64,000 nucleotides of DNA from an uncultured Candidatus Saccharibacteria bacterium (GCA_964355655.1 CAYHDT010000003.1:15867-79866), one strand, 5' to 3'; counted from the stretch's first letter, positions 47,087-57,531 are shown. Notes: generated from the letters alone by a model not told the origin. Translations and numbers: made by a program.

Positions 47087-48451
47087 TTACTCAATCTCAA
47101 ACTCGTCCGCCGAGAGCGGAGTTTCCTTCGCAAACGCCGGGAGTTTTTGCAGATAATAGACCGATCCCGCTCCCGTGCCCAACAAAGCAACCAGAGCTAC
47201 GAGCGGCCAGGAAAATATAGGATAGCCGCTTGCCCCTTTTTCATCGGCGCTGCCCAGCACTTCGCTGTCTGCTTGCGCGGATGCAGACACTGCTGCCGAT
47301 GCCGGGGCAGACCGGCCGGAAGTCGCCTCTGATGTAACGCGTTCTCCGCGTAAGGGGGAGTTTGCTCCCGCCGTCGCGCTCGCCGCTACCGCATTATTCG
47401 GGTATCGCAGAGTAGCCGCCGCGCTTCCCTCCAGCTGCGTGACGGAACGCGCAAATCGCACTCCCTCGTTTGCAAGCACAAACGTATCTTCGGGAATGAC
47501 AAACGATTTGCCGCCGTCGCTCAATGACCACATTCCCACATCAACATCGCTTTTAGAGAGATTTTTTATGAGTAGAGAACCGTCTCCCTCAGATTGCAAG
47601 ACCACTTGTGCGGCGACCGCTTCAACGATGACTCGGTCTACCGATGAAGAATAGTTGTGCGCGGCCGTAAGCAACACCGCGTATTTGCCCGGATACGAGT
47701 AGGCGTGGAATACCCGCGCACCCTCGAGCGTCGCTCCATCGCCGAAATTCCATATAAAACGCGCGCCCGAAAGCGGCAACCCTTGTGTGCCGTAGGCCTC
47801 CGCCGAAAAGAAAGAGCCTCCCCCGACCATGGTCAGCGAGTCGGTTTTGATACGCGTCGTAATAGACGGGGGTGCCATGCCATTTTGAGACGGCGTGGTT
47901 TGCGCGCTGTTAGTCGCCGAAACAGACGAGTCGGAGGCGGCGCCACTTTCTGAACTTTCCGTATAACTACCGGGGTTTGGCGCGGCGGCGGCAAATGTTG
48001 CACCTGCGCGCTGGAGCGAATTGCCGTCCCCTGCGCCGCCGGAGCCTGCGTCGTATATGACGGTATCAAGAACAGTGAGCGCGCCGTCTTTCAGAACAAT
48101 AGTCTCGCCGGTGTTTGAAAGCGAAAAAGACGAATCAAATAATGTGCCGCTAAAACTCGGATAGTCGAGCAAAAATTTTGCCGAATCGTCGGCTACTATG
48201 GCCGAGCCGCCCGGCTGCACCACGCCGCTGCCCGAAACCGCCGCAAGCGCGTGGTTGGTATTGGCTTCAAAAAATTTATAGCCTGAAACATCAATACTGC
48301 TGTCGCCGGTATTGGTAAACTCAAACCACTCCCGGCCCGTGTCGGTGCCGGACACATCGTACATCACTTCCGTAATCTGCACGGCACCAAGCGCCGGCCA
48401 TGGAAGTAAACATACAATAAATGCTAAAAGACTACCTCTCATGCGGTTCAC
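47087..48451 (-). CDS. Secreted/anchored lamin-tail-domain + PKD-domain protein
   Basis: Signal peptide, ITEVMYD..EWFE, LSNTGE, WNFGDG, C-terminal TM. Confidence 0.82.
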   Translation of the reverse strand: MNRMRGSLLAFIVCLLPWPALGAVQITEVMYDVSGTDTGREWFEFTNTGDSSIDVSGYKFFEANTNHALAAVSGSGVVQPGGSAIVADDSAKFLLDYPSFSGTLFDSSFSLSNTGETIVLKDGALTVLDTVIYDAGSGGAGDGNSLQRAGATFAAAAPNPGSYTESSESGAASDSSVSATNSAQTTPSQNGMAPPSITTRIKTDSLTMVGGGSFFSAEAYGTQGLPLSGARFIWNFGDGATLEGARVFHAYSYPGKYAVLLTAAHNYSSSVDRVIVEAVAAQVVLQSEGDGSLLIKNLSKSDVDVGMWSLSDGGKSFVIPEDTFVLANEGVRFARSVTQLEGSAAATLRYPNNAVAASATAGANSPLRGERVTSEATSGRSAPASAAVSASAQADSEVLGSADEKGASGYPIFSWPLVALVALLGTGAGSVYYLQKLPAFAKETPLSADEFEIE

Positions 48452-50351
48452 TTGCCCCGTCGGGAGGCGCAGCCTCTCCTATGGGGTCGATGTCGAGCAT
48501 CTGGCGGATGGTCTCGGGCGGTAATTCATTTTTTGGGGCCACCGGTACTGAGGCCGTCTGCGGCGAGCTTGCTGAGCTTGCCGGCTGCACCTTTTGCAAA
48601 GCCTCTTTCAGAGCGGATGTGGGCGGCGGGTTCTTATGGCCCGGCTGGGTGGGCGGCTTCGCGCGGGATTCCGGCGTCGGAGATTTCTGGCCGAGAGTGA
48701 CTTGAGAGAGAGCCTCTCGCAGGCTTTTAGGGCCGTCGAGCGGGGGCTTAACAGGCTGGAGGGGCGCTTGCGGGCGCCTGACTGTGTTGTGGGATTGTTG
48801 CGGAGCCTTGGGTTTCGGCAACACCGGCGGAAGCAGAGTTTCCTTTAGCGCCTCAGGCGGCGGCATAGGCGTTTCTTCCTCTTTTTTCTTCAAAGGGACC
48901 GCGGGCGCCGGAGCAACAGGCACAGGCGCGGGGGCAGGTGTTGTGGGAGCAGGAGCCGGAACAGCCGCGCGGGCCGCAGGCGCCGGGGCTTGAGTAACGG
49001 TCGTTTTTGAAACGGCGGCCTTGCCGTATTTTGGCTTAGGCGGTTCCGGAACGACAGGATCGCTTTTTTGCCACTCATCTATCACCTGTTCAACTTCTGC
49101 TCTTAGTTTGCCGTAGGCGGCGCGCGAAGCGGCGATAACCTCCTCGACATGGCGCTCAGGCGGCGGGTCAAACGGCGACAGCGTGGTGGCGCTAAAAGGG
49201 GGCGAACCGACGCCGCGTATCATGAGCGTCAGATATATCTGGGCAAAGCCAAGGTTCACCAAGTCGGTCGCCTCGAACTGGGGTGCGAAAATAGTTTCCA
49301 AAGTCTCAGCGTCAAACGGTCCGACGCGGAACGCGACCGTCGTGCCCACGTTGCCAAACACCGCGTCGCGCACTTCCTCTTCCATTTGCTCGACATATTG
49401 GTGCGCAATAATGAGGCGGAGCTTATATTTACGCGCCTCGGAGAGTATGTCGGAGAAGCTTTCGTTGGCGAAGCTCTGGAATTCGTCTACGTAGAGATAA
49501 AACGGCGGAAGCCTTTTCATTTCGTCGGCAGGCACGTCCGCGCGCGACATCGCCGCGAGATAAATTTTTGTCACGAGCATGCTGCCGAGCAGGTTGGTAT
49601 TGACCTCTCCGACGCGGCCTTTGGAAAGGTTGATGATGAGAATCTTTTTTTCATCCATCAGGCGGCGGATATCGAACGACGACTTAGGCTGTCCGACGAT
49701 ATTGCGTATAAGCGGGTTAGAGGTAAACTGCCCCACTTTGTTTTGTATCGCGGGCGTCGCGTCCTGCGTATAGCGGTCGGTATAGTTGGCGAACTCCTCC
49801 ACCCAAAACGCACGCACAGTCGGGTCTTTGACGTTCTCGACGACCTTCTTGCGGAAGGCCTTATTGATGAGCATGCGGTTGACGTCGAGCAGCGTCGAGC
49901 CGTCGTACTCCAAGAGCGCCAGCAGAGTGTTCGAAAGGATATACTCCATGCGCGCGCTCCACGCGTCTACCCAAATCTTGCGGAATGCGGAGAGGAGTCC
50001 CGAGACTACTAAATGGCGCTTGTCGTAGCCGACGTCTTCCATGACGTTAAAAGCGACCGGATAATCCATGTCAAAGGGCGCGAAATATACTACATCTTTG
50101 ACGCGGTGCGCCGGCACGTACTCCATAATCCGGTCGGCGGTGCCGCCGTGCGGGTCTATAAAGGCCATCCCCTCGCCGTTGCGGATGTCTTGTATCGCCA
50201 TATTCTCCAACAGAGTCGATTTGCCCATGCCGGTCTTGCCGATGACGTACATATGCCGGCCGCGGTCCTCGCTGCGGATGCCGAAAGAAACTTCTTTCCC
50301 GCGCGAGTTGGTCTGGGCAAAATACGTTACTTGGTCGGGATTCTCGGGCAT
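48432..50351 (-). CDS. VirD4/TraD-like coupling ATPase with Pro/Ala-rich tail
   Basis: GKTGMGKS, IDPHG, YVDEFQ, SEARKY, AHQY. Confidence 0.88.
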   Translation of the reverse strand: MPENPDQVTYFAQTNSRGKEVSFGIRSEDRGRHMYVIGKTGMGKSTLLENMAIQDIRNGEGMAFIDPHGGTADRIMEYVPAHRVKDVVYFAPFDMDYPVAFNVMEDVGYDKRHLVVSGLLSAFRKIWVDAWSARMEYILSNTLLALLEYDGSTLLDVNRMLINKAFRKKVVENVKDPTVRAFWVEEFANYTDRYTQDATPAIQNKVGQFTSNPLIRNIVGQPKSSFDIRRLMDEKKILIINLSKGRVGEVNTNLLGSMLVTKIYLAAMSRADVPADEMKRLPPFYLYVDEFQSFANESFSDILSEARKYKLRLIIAHQYVEQMEEEVRDAVFGNVGTTVAFRVGPFDAETLETIFAPQFEATDLVNLGFAQIYLTLMIRGVGSPPFSATTLSPFDPPPERHVEEVIAASRAAYGKLRAEVEQVIDEWQKSDPVVPEPPKPKYGKAAVSKTTVTQAPAPAARAAVPAPAPTTPAPAPVPVAPAPAVPLKKKEEETPMPPPEALKETLLPPVLPKPKAPQQSHNTVRRPQAPLQPVKPPLDGPKSLREALSQVTLGQKSPTPESRAKPPTQPGHKNPPPTSALKEALQKVQPASSASSPQTASVPVAPKNELPPETIRQMLDIDPIGEAAPPDGASEPHER

Positions 50352-50383
50352 TACGAGTTAAGTATAGCAAAAAGAAAAGGCCC

Positions 50384-50584
50384 CTATTTGGGGCCTGCTT
50401 TTTCGGCGGCAGATTGGGGCGGCACAAATACAAATAGCTGGCTGTCCTGGCACAAGTGGTCGAACCAATCCGCATAATTGCCATTTTCCGGATTCCCGGT
50501 CAGCGGAACAAATGGCTTTCGTATCGGGTGCTTGGCAATCGCCTTAAACGGCACCACTTCGCCCCTTTTTTCCTGGTCGGCCAT
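50384..50584 (-). CDS. Small hypothetical protein (66 aa)
   Basis: AAGGAGG RBS; hairpin AGGCCCC-TATTT-GGGGCCT overlapping the stop. Confidence 0.55.
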   Translation of the reverse strand: MADQEKRGEVVPFKAIAKHPIRKPFVPLTGNPENGNYADWFDHLCQDSQLFVFVPPQSAAEKAGPK

Positions 50585-50651
50585 GACAAACCCTCCTTAC
50601 CTGCTTCCGACGCTATTAAACTGCAAATTGGTTGAATATGCAACGATCTCC

Positions 50652-51779
50652 CTACTGGTACTGAATAAAGATGGGGCTGGGTACCAGGTTTAGGATTTCT
50701 TTGGGGGTCAGCAGGCGCGGCGGTTCTTGTTTGAGATCATTCTTATAAAAGACCTTCAGCCCCGCAAATTGCACCGGTTCCGGATAGACGACCACGTTAT
50801 AAGTATTTATTTTTTTGGCGGGGAATCCCCATCCGTCCATCTGCACGACCACCTGCACCTCGGGGGTCGGCTTAATGCGTTTATATCCGGTAACCATCTC
50901 CTCTGTAAAGCGGTGCACCACCAGTATCTTCGGCGGCAAGTTGTGCGCCCGCACTATTGCCGAAAGATGCTCAATAGCATAGTTGATATCCTCCGCGCTC
51001 ATAGTACCTATGACCCGTCCGGGCGGAGTGCCATTATGCATGGCGAATTCCGGGTCGAGCGCCAAATGTACCTGCGGCATGGCCCAGTAATTGTCGAGCA
51101 GCGGCACCTCATCCTGCACGGTCGAGAGTCCGACTTGTATGTCAAGAATTACAATAGCGTCTATCTTCTTAGCCATCTCGATAGCCTTGTCTACTTGAGT
51201 GTCGGGCATCCGCAAGCGGTACTTGCCGTCTTTGCCCGCGCTCCCTTGCGCGGTAACGTCAATATATTCAATCGCGGGAACGACCGGCGTTGAAGGGTCG
51301 GCTGCCTCCCACACGGCAATCTCTTCTTTTAATTTCGCCAACACCTGCTCTTCAGGAAGTTCGCCGAGGATACCCATCCCTTTAGAATAAAAGTTTCCAT
51401 AATATGCGACGATTCGGTTAAATGGAAGCAATGCGCCGGAGTTCGGGTAGACGGTACGTGCGGGCCAGAGCGGAGTTATGCGCCGTGCCTCAGTAGAGGT
51501 GCCGACGGTCGTGGTAGTCGCGCCGGAGAGAAATGCCGCGTACCAAGGACTCGAGGTGGCGACATGCGCAAGAGCCAGCAGACGGCGGTCGTAGTCGCCC
51601 CGGTCCAGCTGCGGCATGAGCTTTACAGATGAGACTGACGCGGCCTCGCTAAGATACGAGACGGAGAGGACTTCCGGCAAGACAAAAAAAGCGCCGGCCG
51701 CCGCCGCGATGCCGAGGCAAGCCAGCAGCATGCGCAATGGGATACTAATTGAGCGAAGTGATTCCTTCTTTGTTTTCAT
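50652..51779 (-). CDS. Membrane-anchored hypothetical protein (start uncertain)
   Basis: N-terminal TM; RIVAYYG, LDIQVG, LALDPEF, VHRF, MDGWG. Confidence 0.75.
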   Translation of the reverse strand: MKTKKESLRSISIPLRMLLACLGIAAAAGAFFVLPEVLSVSYLSEAASVSSVKLMPQLDRGDYDRRLLALAHVATSSPWYAAFLSGATTTTVGTSTEARRITPLWPARTVYPNSGALLPFNRIVAYYGNFYSKGMGILGELPEEQVLAKLKEEIAVWEAADPSTPVVPAIEYIDVTAQGSAGKDGKYRLRMPDTQVDKAIEMAKKIDAIVILDIQVGLSTVQDEVPLLDNYWAMPQVHLALDPEFAMHNGTPPGRVIGTMSAEDINYAIEHLSAIVRAHNLPPKILVVHRFTEEMVTGYKRIKPTPEVQVVVQMDGWGFPAKKINTYNVVVYPEPVQFAGLKVFYKNDLKQEPPRLLTPKEILNLVPSPIFIQYQ

Positions 51780-52020
51780 GTACTGAGGGAGAATCAGGCT
51801 GGCTTTCTACGAAAGGGTAGTTTCCACTGCGTCCGGGATGCTCCGGACGCGGCGTTCCCGCGCGCGAGATCGCTTCGCCTCGCAAAAGAAATCCGATAAC
51901 CGCCAAAACTACGCCGGTACCGACAAAAAGCACGGTCTGCCAGCTGCCGGGAATACCCAGCAGTGTCCGGATAACAATAATCCAGATCCCGAGCGCAATA
52001 ACCAACATTTCTTTCGACAT
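51745..52020 (-). CDS. Small two-TM membrane protein
   Basis: MSKEMLVIALGIWII...LGIPGSWQ; TATACT 7 nt upstream. Confidence 0.7.
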   Translation of the reverse strand: MSKEMLVIALGIWIIVIRTLLGIPGSWQTVLFVGTGVVLAVIGFLLRGEAISRAGTPRPEHPGRSGNYPFVESQPDSPSVHENKEGITSLN

Positions 52021-52036
52021 ATATCGCAGTATATCA

Positions 52037-52684
52037 CTACTCCGCCTCCACAATAACGACAAACTCCCCTTTTTGTTTGACCGGCTCGGCCTCCAATATT
52101 GCCAACAGCTCCTGGGGAGTGCCGATAAGCGCCTCTTCGTATATTTTAGTGAGCTCCCGATACAAACCCACGCGCCGCGTTGGCGCAACTTTGTTGAGGG
52201 ACGCAAGCGCCTTTAGTATCCGGTGCGGCGACTCGTAAAAAATACTGGCGCGTTCGCTTGCGGCTATTTCCTTAAAAAGAGTTTCTCTCCCCTTTTTTTG
52301 GGGCAAAAACGCGTAAAAAGTAAACGACGGAACGCGCAAACCCGCGATAGCTACTGCCGCGGCAAGCGCCGAGGGTCCGGGAATAGTTTCTATGCCCGCG
52401 CCCGCCTCCCGCGCGCGGGCAACCAGCTCGAGTCCAGGGTCCGATACTCCCGGCGTACCGGCATCGGAGACAAGAGCAATGTGCTTATCCTGAGCGAGCA
52501 ACACCAATGTTTTCCGGTCGGTTACAACTGGTGTATGAATGTCAAAGTGCGACAGAAGCTTGCGCGTGTTGCGAGTATCCTCGCATGCGACAAAGTCGGC
52601 CTCTTTAAGCACGCGTAAAGCGCGCAGGGTGATGTCCTCGAGGTTTCCTATCGGGGTCGCGACGACTGAAAGTTTTCCCGCCAT
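52037..52684 (-). CDS. rsmI: 16S rRNA C1402 2'-O-methyltransferase
   Basis: ATPIGNLEDIT, CEDTR, SDAGTPGVSDPG, YESPHR, RELTK. Confidence 0.95.
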   Translation of the reverse strand: MAGKLSVVATPIGNLEDITLRALRVLKEADFVACEDTRNTRKLLSHFDIHTPVVTDRKTLVLLAQDKHIALVSDAGTPGVSDPGLELVARAREAGAGIETIPGPSALAAAVAIAGLRVPSFTFYAFLPQKKGRETLFKEIAASERASIFYESPHRILKALASLNKVAPTRRVGLYRELTKIYEEALIGTPQELLAILEAEPVKQKGEFVVIVEAE

Positions 52685-52810
52685 ATAAAGCCCACCGTAC
52701 CATTTTTGACTACATAATAAAAGGCTTGTACATAGTGCTTTTTCTTTCTGCCGCTTTCACCTATACTGCGGGTAGATTTGCTCTTCTCATAAACAAAAAG
52801 GTGAATCCGC

Positions 52811-54154
52811 ATGTGTGGCATAGTAGCCGTCAGAAACGTACGTAAAGCTATTGAGCTGGCTGTCGTTGGAGCTCACGAACTCCAGCACCGTGCAAGAACT
52901 TACGCCGGAGCCGTTTCTTCGGACGGCCAAAACTTCTATCGGCATGCGGGTAAGAATCTTGCCCGAAATGTCTTCAGCCCGGGTTGGCTCAACCGTCTGC
53001 ACGGCACCGATGCGCTGGTGCATTTGCGCTACCCGACAGTGGGCGATAAAGAAGATCGCGACAACACCCAGCCTATCCAAGGAATATATGCGGGGAAGCC
53101 TTTGGCTATCGGCCATAACGGCAATCTGACCAATACAGCCGAATTGGCGCGGATTCTTCCTGCCTCTTTGAAAATGGCAACTGCTCTTGATACGGAGTAT
53201 ATCCTCCGCCTGATTGAACACTTCCAAACGGGGGATATCGAAGCTGATCTCAAAAAGGTACTTCCGCTACTCAAAGGAAGCTTCTCACTGGTTATCCTAA
53301 TGCCCGATCGTCTTATTGCCGTCCGGGACAGAAGAGGCAACCGACCGCTCTCTATTGGCACACTTGAAGGCGGCTACTGTATTGCTTCGGAGAAATGTGC
53401 TTTCCCTATCATGCGGGCTCGTCATCTGCAGGATGTCGCCGCCGGAACAATGGCTATCATCGGCGAAGAAGGCGGTATCCATATATCGCAGTTTGCTCAA
53501 GCTGATGAAAGAAAATGCGTTTTCGAACTCCTCTATAACAGCAGTGTCGCGAGCAAAGTGTTCGATGTCGGGGTGACCAGATTCCGAATAGGTATCGGTG
53601 AGGAATTGGAGAAACTATTTCCGGTACAAAACGGCATGGACCTTATTGTCACCCCGGTACCTGACAGCGGCAAACCATATGCACAAGGGTATGCCAAATC
53701 GGGACGCTCCGGCCAGGACTTTCAGGTCATATGGCGGAATCACTATGTCGGTCGCACTTTCAATGCGGCCAGCCAAGCGCTACGAGACGAGGATATCGCA
53801 CGAAAGTTTATGTTCGATGCCGACGAGATTGCCGGCAAACGAATAGTTGTTCTTGATGACTCAATCGTGCGTGGCAGTACCCTCCCGAAGATTGTAGAGA
53901 TGTTGTGGTGGCTTGGGGCAAAGGAAGTGCATTTGAGGATCGCAATGCCTCCTATTGCCCACTTATGCCGCTACGGCATCTACATGGAGGAAGACGGAAC
54001 GGAACTTGTCGCGGCAAAGTTTACGCCTGTCGAGACATGCCGAGAGTTTAATGCAACTTCTCTCGAGTATCTGCCGCTGGAGACCCTGAAAAAAATACTC
54101 CCGGACTCCGAGCATTACTGCACTGCCTGCATGGATGGCAGCTTCTGGGATTAA
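52811..54154 (+). CDS. purF: Amidophosphoribosyltransferase-like protein
   Basis: MCGI, HNGNL, PVPDSG, NHYVGRTF, DDSIVRG, CTAC. Confidence 0.85.
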   Translation: MCGIVAVRNVRKAIELAVVGAHELQHRARTYAGAVSSDGQNFYRHAGKNLARNVFSPGWLNRLHGTDALVHLRYPTVGDKEDRDNTQPIQGIYAGKPLAIGHNGNLTNTAELARILPASLKMATALDTEYILRLIEHFQTGDIEADLKKVLPLLKGSFSLVILMPDRLIAVRDRRGNRPLSIGTLEGGYCIASEKCAFPIMRARHLQDVAAGTMAIIGEEGGIHISQFAQADERKCVFELLYNSSVASKVFDVGVTRFRIGIGEELEKLFPVQNGMDLIVTPVPDSGKPYAQGYAKSGRSGQDFQVIWRNHYVGRTFNAASQALRDEDIARKFMFDADEIAGKRIVVLDDSIVRGSTLPKIVEMLWWLGAKEVHLRIAMPPIAHLCRYGIYMEEDGTELVAAKFTPVETCREFNATSLEYLPLETLKKILPDSEHYCTACMDGSFWD

Positions 54155-54161
54155 TCGTGCT

Positions 54162-54187
54162 GCCGGCGTCGCAAGACGCCGGTTTTT
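54162..54187. terminator. Intrinsic terminator
   Basis: CCGGCGTC-GCAA-GACGCCGG-TTTTT. Confidence 0.85.
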
Positions 54188-55409
54188 ATTTAAACTTTAA
54201 GGCCTCTTCCCCTGCTTTGTAGATGTCGCCTGCGCCCATAGTAAAGGCAATACTGTCGCTGCCGAGAGTTTTGAGCACTTCTGTCGTTTTTTCAAAGTTC
54301 GGGAGCGGCCGTACATGACCGCCCTTCGCGGTTGCGGCGGTCGCGAGCGCCTCGTGCGACACTGCCACATCGTGCGGCTCGCGCGCGGCATACACCGGCA
54401 GCACGTACGCCTCATCGGCTTTCGCGAGCGCTCCGGCAAAATCGTCAAACAAGTCGCGCGTGCGGCTGTACAAATGCGGGTGGAAAAAGACGACTATTTT
54501 TTTACCGGGAAATTTTTCCCGCGCGGCCGCTATCGTGCGGGCAATAGCGGTCGGATGATGCGCGTAGTCATCATACAAAACAGCCCCGCCCGGCAGCTCG
54601 CCTTTATACTCGAAGCGTCGCCACGTCCCCTTGTACGACTTCAGTGAGCGGTCCCACACCGCGTCGGCCACGCCGGGCGCCAGAATTTTAGCCGCCGCTT
54701 TGGCAGCGCGCGCGTTCTCTTTATTAAACTCGCCAGGCACCAAAAGCTCGGGGACCGACTCATGCGCATATACCGCGGCATCTATCACTTTTTTTGCATT
54801 GCGCCGTGCCTCACCAAACGAGGCCTGCACCTCGGCAAGAGACTTAAAAAAGTCGGTATGGTCGAACTCTATGTTGGTAATGACCAGAATCTCCGGCATA
54901 AAATTTAAAAAGTGATTCTTGTACTCGCAGGCTTCGACCACAAACAAGTCGCTTTTGCCCGCGCGGAAGTTGCTTCCCCACTCCGACACGATACTGCCGA
55001 CTACAATAGTCGGGTCGAGTCCGGCCTCGATAAGCATACGGCCCAGCATGGCGGTTGTGGTTGTTTTACCATGAGTCCCCGCGACGGCGATTGTCCGCTT
55101 ATGCTTAGCGACTTCACCGAGCGCCTCGAAATACGATTGCTGCGGTATCCCGAGTGCTGCGGCGCGCGTCCGCTCGGGGTTGTCCGCGGGTACCGCGTCA
55201 CTGTAGACCAGCAGCTCCGCGCCCTCGCTTACATTCTCTCCCTTCTGTCCGATTACTACCGCAATACCCTTGCGTGCAAGCATCGCAGTTGTGGGCGACT
55301 CCTCTCGGTCCGAGCCGGATACGGCGGCGCCTTCGTGCGCGTAATATTGAGCCAGGGCGGACATGCCGATACCGCCGATTCCGGTCATATATATTTTTTT
55401 ATCTTTCAT
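54186..55409 (-). CDS. murC: UDP-N-acetylmuramate--L-alanine ligase
   Basis: GIGGIGMSALA, GTHGKTTT, EACEY, DDYAHHP, MGAGD. Confidence 0.95.
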   Translation of the reverse strand: MKDKKIYMTGIGGIGMSALAQYYAHEGAAVSGSDREESPTTAMLARKGIAVVIGQKGENVSEGAELLVYSDAVPADNPERTRAAALGIPQQSYFEALGEVAKHKRTIAVAGTHGKTTTTAMLGRMLIEAGLDPTIVVGSIVSEWGSNFRAGKSDLFVVEACEYKNHFLNFMPEILVITNIEFDHTDFFKSLAEVQASFGEARRNAKKVIDAAVYAHESVPELLVPGEFNKENARAAKAAAKILAPGVADAVWDRSLKSYKGTWRRFEYKGELPGGAVLYDDYAHHPTAIARTIAAAREKFPGKKIVVFFHPHLYSRTRDLFDDFAGALAKADEAYVLPVYAAREPHDVAVSHEALATAATAKGGHVRPLPNFEKTTEVLKTLGSDSIAFTMGAGDIYKAGEEALKFK

Positions 55410-56734
55410 TGCAGTTTTTTAACGGCGTCTACGAATTGGTCGTTGCGGTCATACTCGTTTTTGAACAATCCAAAGGAAGCAAAAGCCGGCGAAAGCAACA
55501 CTAAGTCTCCGGCACTTTTCAATGCTTTGCCAACCGCTTCTTGCATAGACGCCGCCTCGGTAAAATCCTTCAGGAACGGTTTCAGCCGCTTTGTTCCTGT
55601 GCCGGGCAAGAGTATTATCGTCGCGCCACTTGTCCCCATCTCTTGCGCCAAATTCTCAAGTGGAAGCGCCTTGTCCGCGCCTCCGGTAATCAGCGTTATT
55701 TTTTTGCCGTCAAAGGCGCGCAAAGCGGCGATAGTCGCGTCCGGCGTCGTGGCGTTATTGTCGTTATAAAATGTGACACCTTTTATTTCCGCTATCTTTT
55801 GCAGCCGGCCCTCCACCGGCTCAAAAGACTCAAGACCTTTTTTAATATCATCCTCGGACAGGCCGAGTATCCGGAGCGCAAGCGCCGCGAGAGCGGCATT
55901 CTCTTTATTGTGCTCGCCTATAAGTTTAAGATTCCACTCATGCGGTAGCGGCGGCGGCACGAGCGGCGCAACCGGAGGGTTTGCTTTTTGTATTTGCGCG
56001 AGCACACCTGCCCCGACAATAAATTTATCTCCGTTTTTCTGATGTAAAAAAATATTCGCCTTGTCCCAAAAATACGCTTCTTTATCCCCGCTATAGTAGT
56101 TGAGATGGTCGCTCATAAGGTTGGTAAAGACCGCAACCTGCGGACTTATTTTTAAATCCCCAAAACCCTGCAACTGCCAGGAGTCTAACTCCAGCACTGC
56201 AATGTCCCCTTTTTGTACGTCGGGTAGCATCGCGAGAGTCGAAAGTCCGCGCACATTGCCGCCGAGAAAGATTTTTCTTTCTCGCCCCGAGCCCTGTCGA
56301 GAGACTGCATGGATAAGTGCATGATAAATAAGATGAGTTACGGTCGATTTGCCGCGCGTGCCGGTAATACCTGCGATTGTCGCGCCTGCCTCCGCGGCAA
56401 ACTTTGCAAACAGCGCGGTCGACATGTATACCGGTACATTATTTTTTTTAGCCGTGGCAATATACGGCGAGTCCGCAGGCACGCCGGCGGCCTTGATAAC
56501 CATGTTGGTGTTTATAAAATCCTCCTCCTTATGCCCGCCGAGCGCGTAACGGATATTCGAAAATTGCTCCAGACGCTTAAGCGACGGCGCAAGCTCGGCC
56601 TCGCTTTTAGCATCTGTAACCACGAGCTCTTTGCAGAGCGGAGCAAGAAACTCCGCGTCTCCCACTCCGCGGCCAAGAAGCCCCAGCCCCATAAGGGTTA
56701 CTCGCTTGCCAGCAAAAAAGTCTTTATACGTCAT
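55406..56734 (-). CDS. murD: UDP-N-acetylmuramoyl-L-alanine--D-glutamate ligase
   Basis: GTRGKST, GGN, ELDSWQL, DHLN, GGADK, LSPAFASF. Confidence 0.93.
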   Translation of the reverse strand: MTYKDFFAGKRVTLMGLGLLGRGVGDAEFLAPLCKELVVTDAKSEAELAPSLKRLEQFSNIRYALGGHKEEDFINTNMVIKAAGVPADSPYIATAKKNNVPVYMSTALFAKFAAEAGATIAGITGTRGKSTVTHLIYHALIHAVSRQGSGRERKIFLGGNVRGLSTLAMLPDVQKGDIAVLELDSWQLQGFGDLKISPQVAVFTNLMSDHLNYYSGDKEAYFWDKANIFLHQKNGDKFIVGAGVLAQIQKANPPVAPLVPPPLPHEWNLKLIGEHNKENAALAALALRILGLSEDDIKKGLESFEPVEGRLQKIAEIKGVTFYNDNNATTPDATIAALRAFDGKKITLITGGADKALPLENLAQEMGTSGATIILLPGTGTKRLKPFLKDFTEAASMQEAVGKALKSAGDLVLLSPAFASFGLFKNEYDRNDQFVDAVKKLQ

Positions 56735-56755
56735 AGCTTAGTAATCATGCGACAA

Positions 56756-56787
56756 ACCCGCCGCTTCTGCAAAGAAGCGGCGGGTTC
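56756..56787. terminator. Intrinsic terminator
   Basis: AACCCGCCGCTTC-TGCAAA-GAAGCGGCGGGTT. Confidence 0.8.
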
Positions 56788-56811
56788 TAAATCTCTCTAT
56801 AAGTAGAAAGA

Positions 56812-57441
56812 TTAAGGAGTAATAGAACCCGTAGCGCCAGTACCGGCATCGGGCGTCTGCGGCGGCACCAACACCGCCGAGATTACATAAACGATGCCAT
56901 TGCTCGCCTTATACTGCTTTATAGCATAGCCGCTGTTGACGTATGCGAGCTTGGTCTGCGGGTTGACTTGGAAGTTAAGCGGGTCCTTCGACAGAGCGGT
57001 GTAATTGCCGCTGTTGACGGCGTCAAGGTCGAGCATCTTACCCGAAACGACCGCGTACTGCACAAGACGCTTCTTTTCTGCGGCGGTCATGGTAGAGATT
57101 GCATCAGTAAGGTTCGCAAACGCGGCATCGGTAGGCACGAACACGGTGTATGGGCCCTTGCCGGTCATGGATGCGGAGACACCGGTCGAGGAGTACAGTG
57201 CGGCAAACTTGCCGGCATTCGAGAGGCTTGAGATGACGCCATTGACAGTAGCGCTTGTGCGTACCTCGCTGGCAGTAGCCACAGGAGAACCCGCTGTAGC
57301 GGTTTGCGCAGTGGTAGTGGCTAGGCCGCCGGTAGTTGCCGCCGGATTTACCTGCGTAAACCACCAAATCCCGAGAATAACGAGCAATACCGCTACAATA
57401 CCGACCCCCCATTTAAAAACATTTTGATCATCCATATTCAT
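56812..57441 (-). CDS. Membrane-anchored fasciclin (FAS1) domain protein
   Basis: GPYTVFVPTDAAF, SNGIVYVISAVL, N-terminal TM. Confidence 0.9.
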   Translation of the reverse strand: MNMDDQNVFKWGVGIVAVLLVILGIWWFTQVNPAATTGGLATTTAQTATAGSPVATASEVRTSATVNGVISSLSNAGKFAALYSSTGVSASMTGKGPYTVFVPTDAAFANLTDAISTMTAAEKKRLVQYAVVSGKMLDLDAVNSGNYTALSKDPLNFQVNPQTKLAYVNSGYAIKQYKASNGIVYVISAVLVPPQTPDAGTGATGSITP

Positions 57442-57531
57442 AATATAATTTCTGCTAATATACGGGAGTTTAATACACTTTCCTGAAGAAGAGGTGAAGA
57501 ATTAATGAGTTGAACATGTTATCGTAGCCCC

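Noticed and set aside
48480-49060. Apparent repetitive DNA
   Set aside because: Low-complexity Pro/Ala coding tail, not a nucleotide repeat array.
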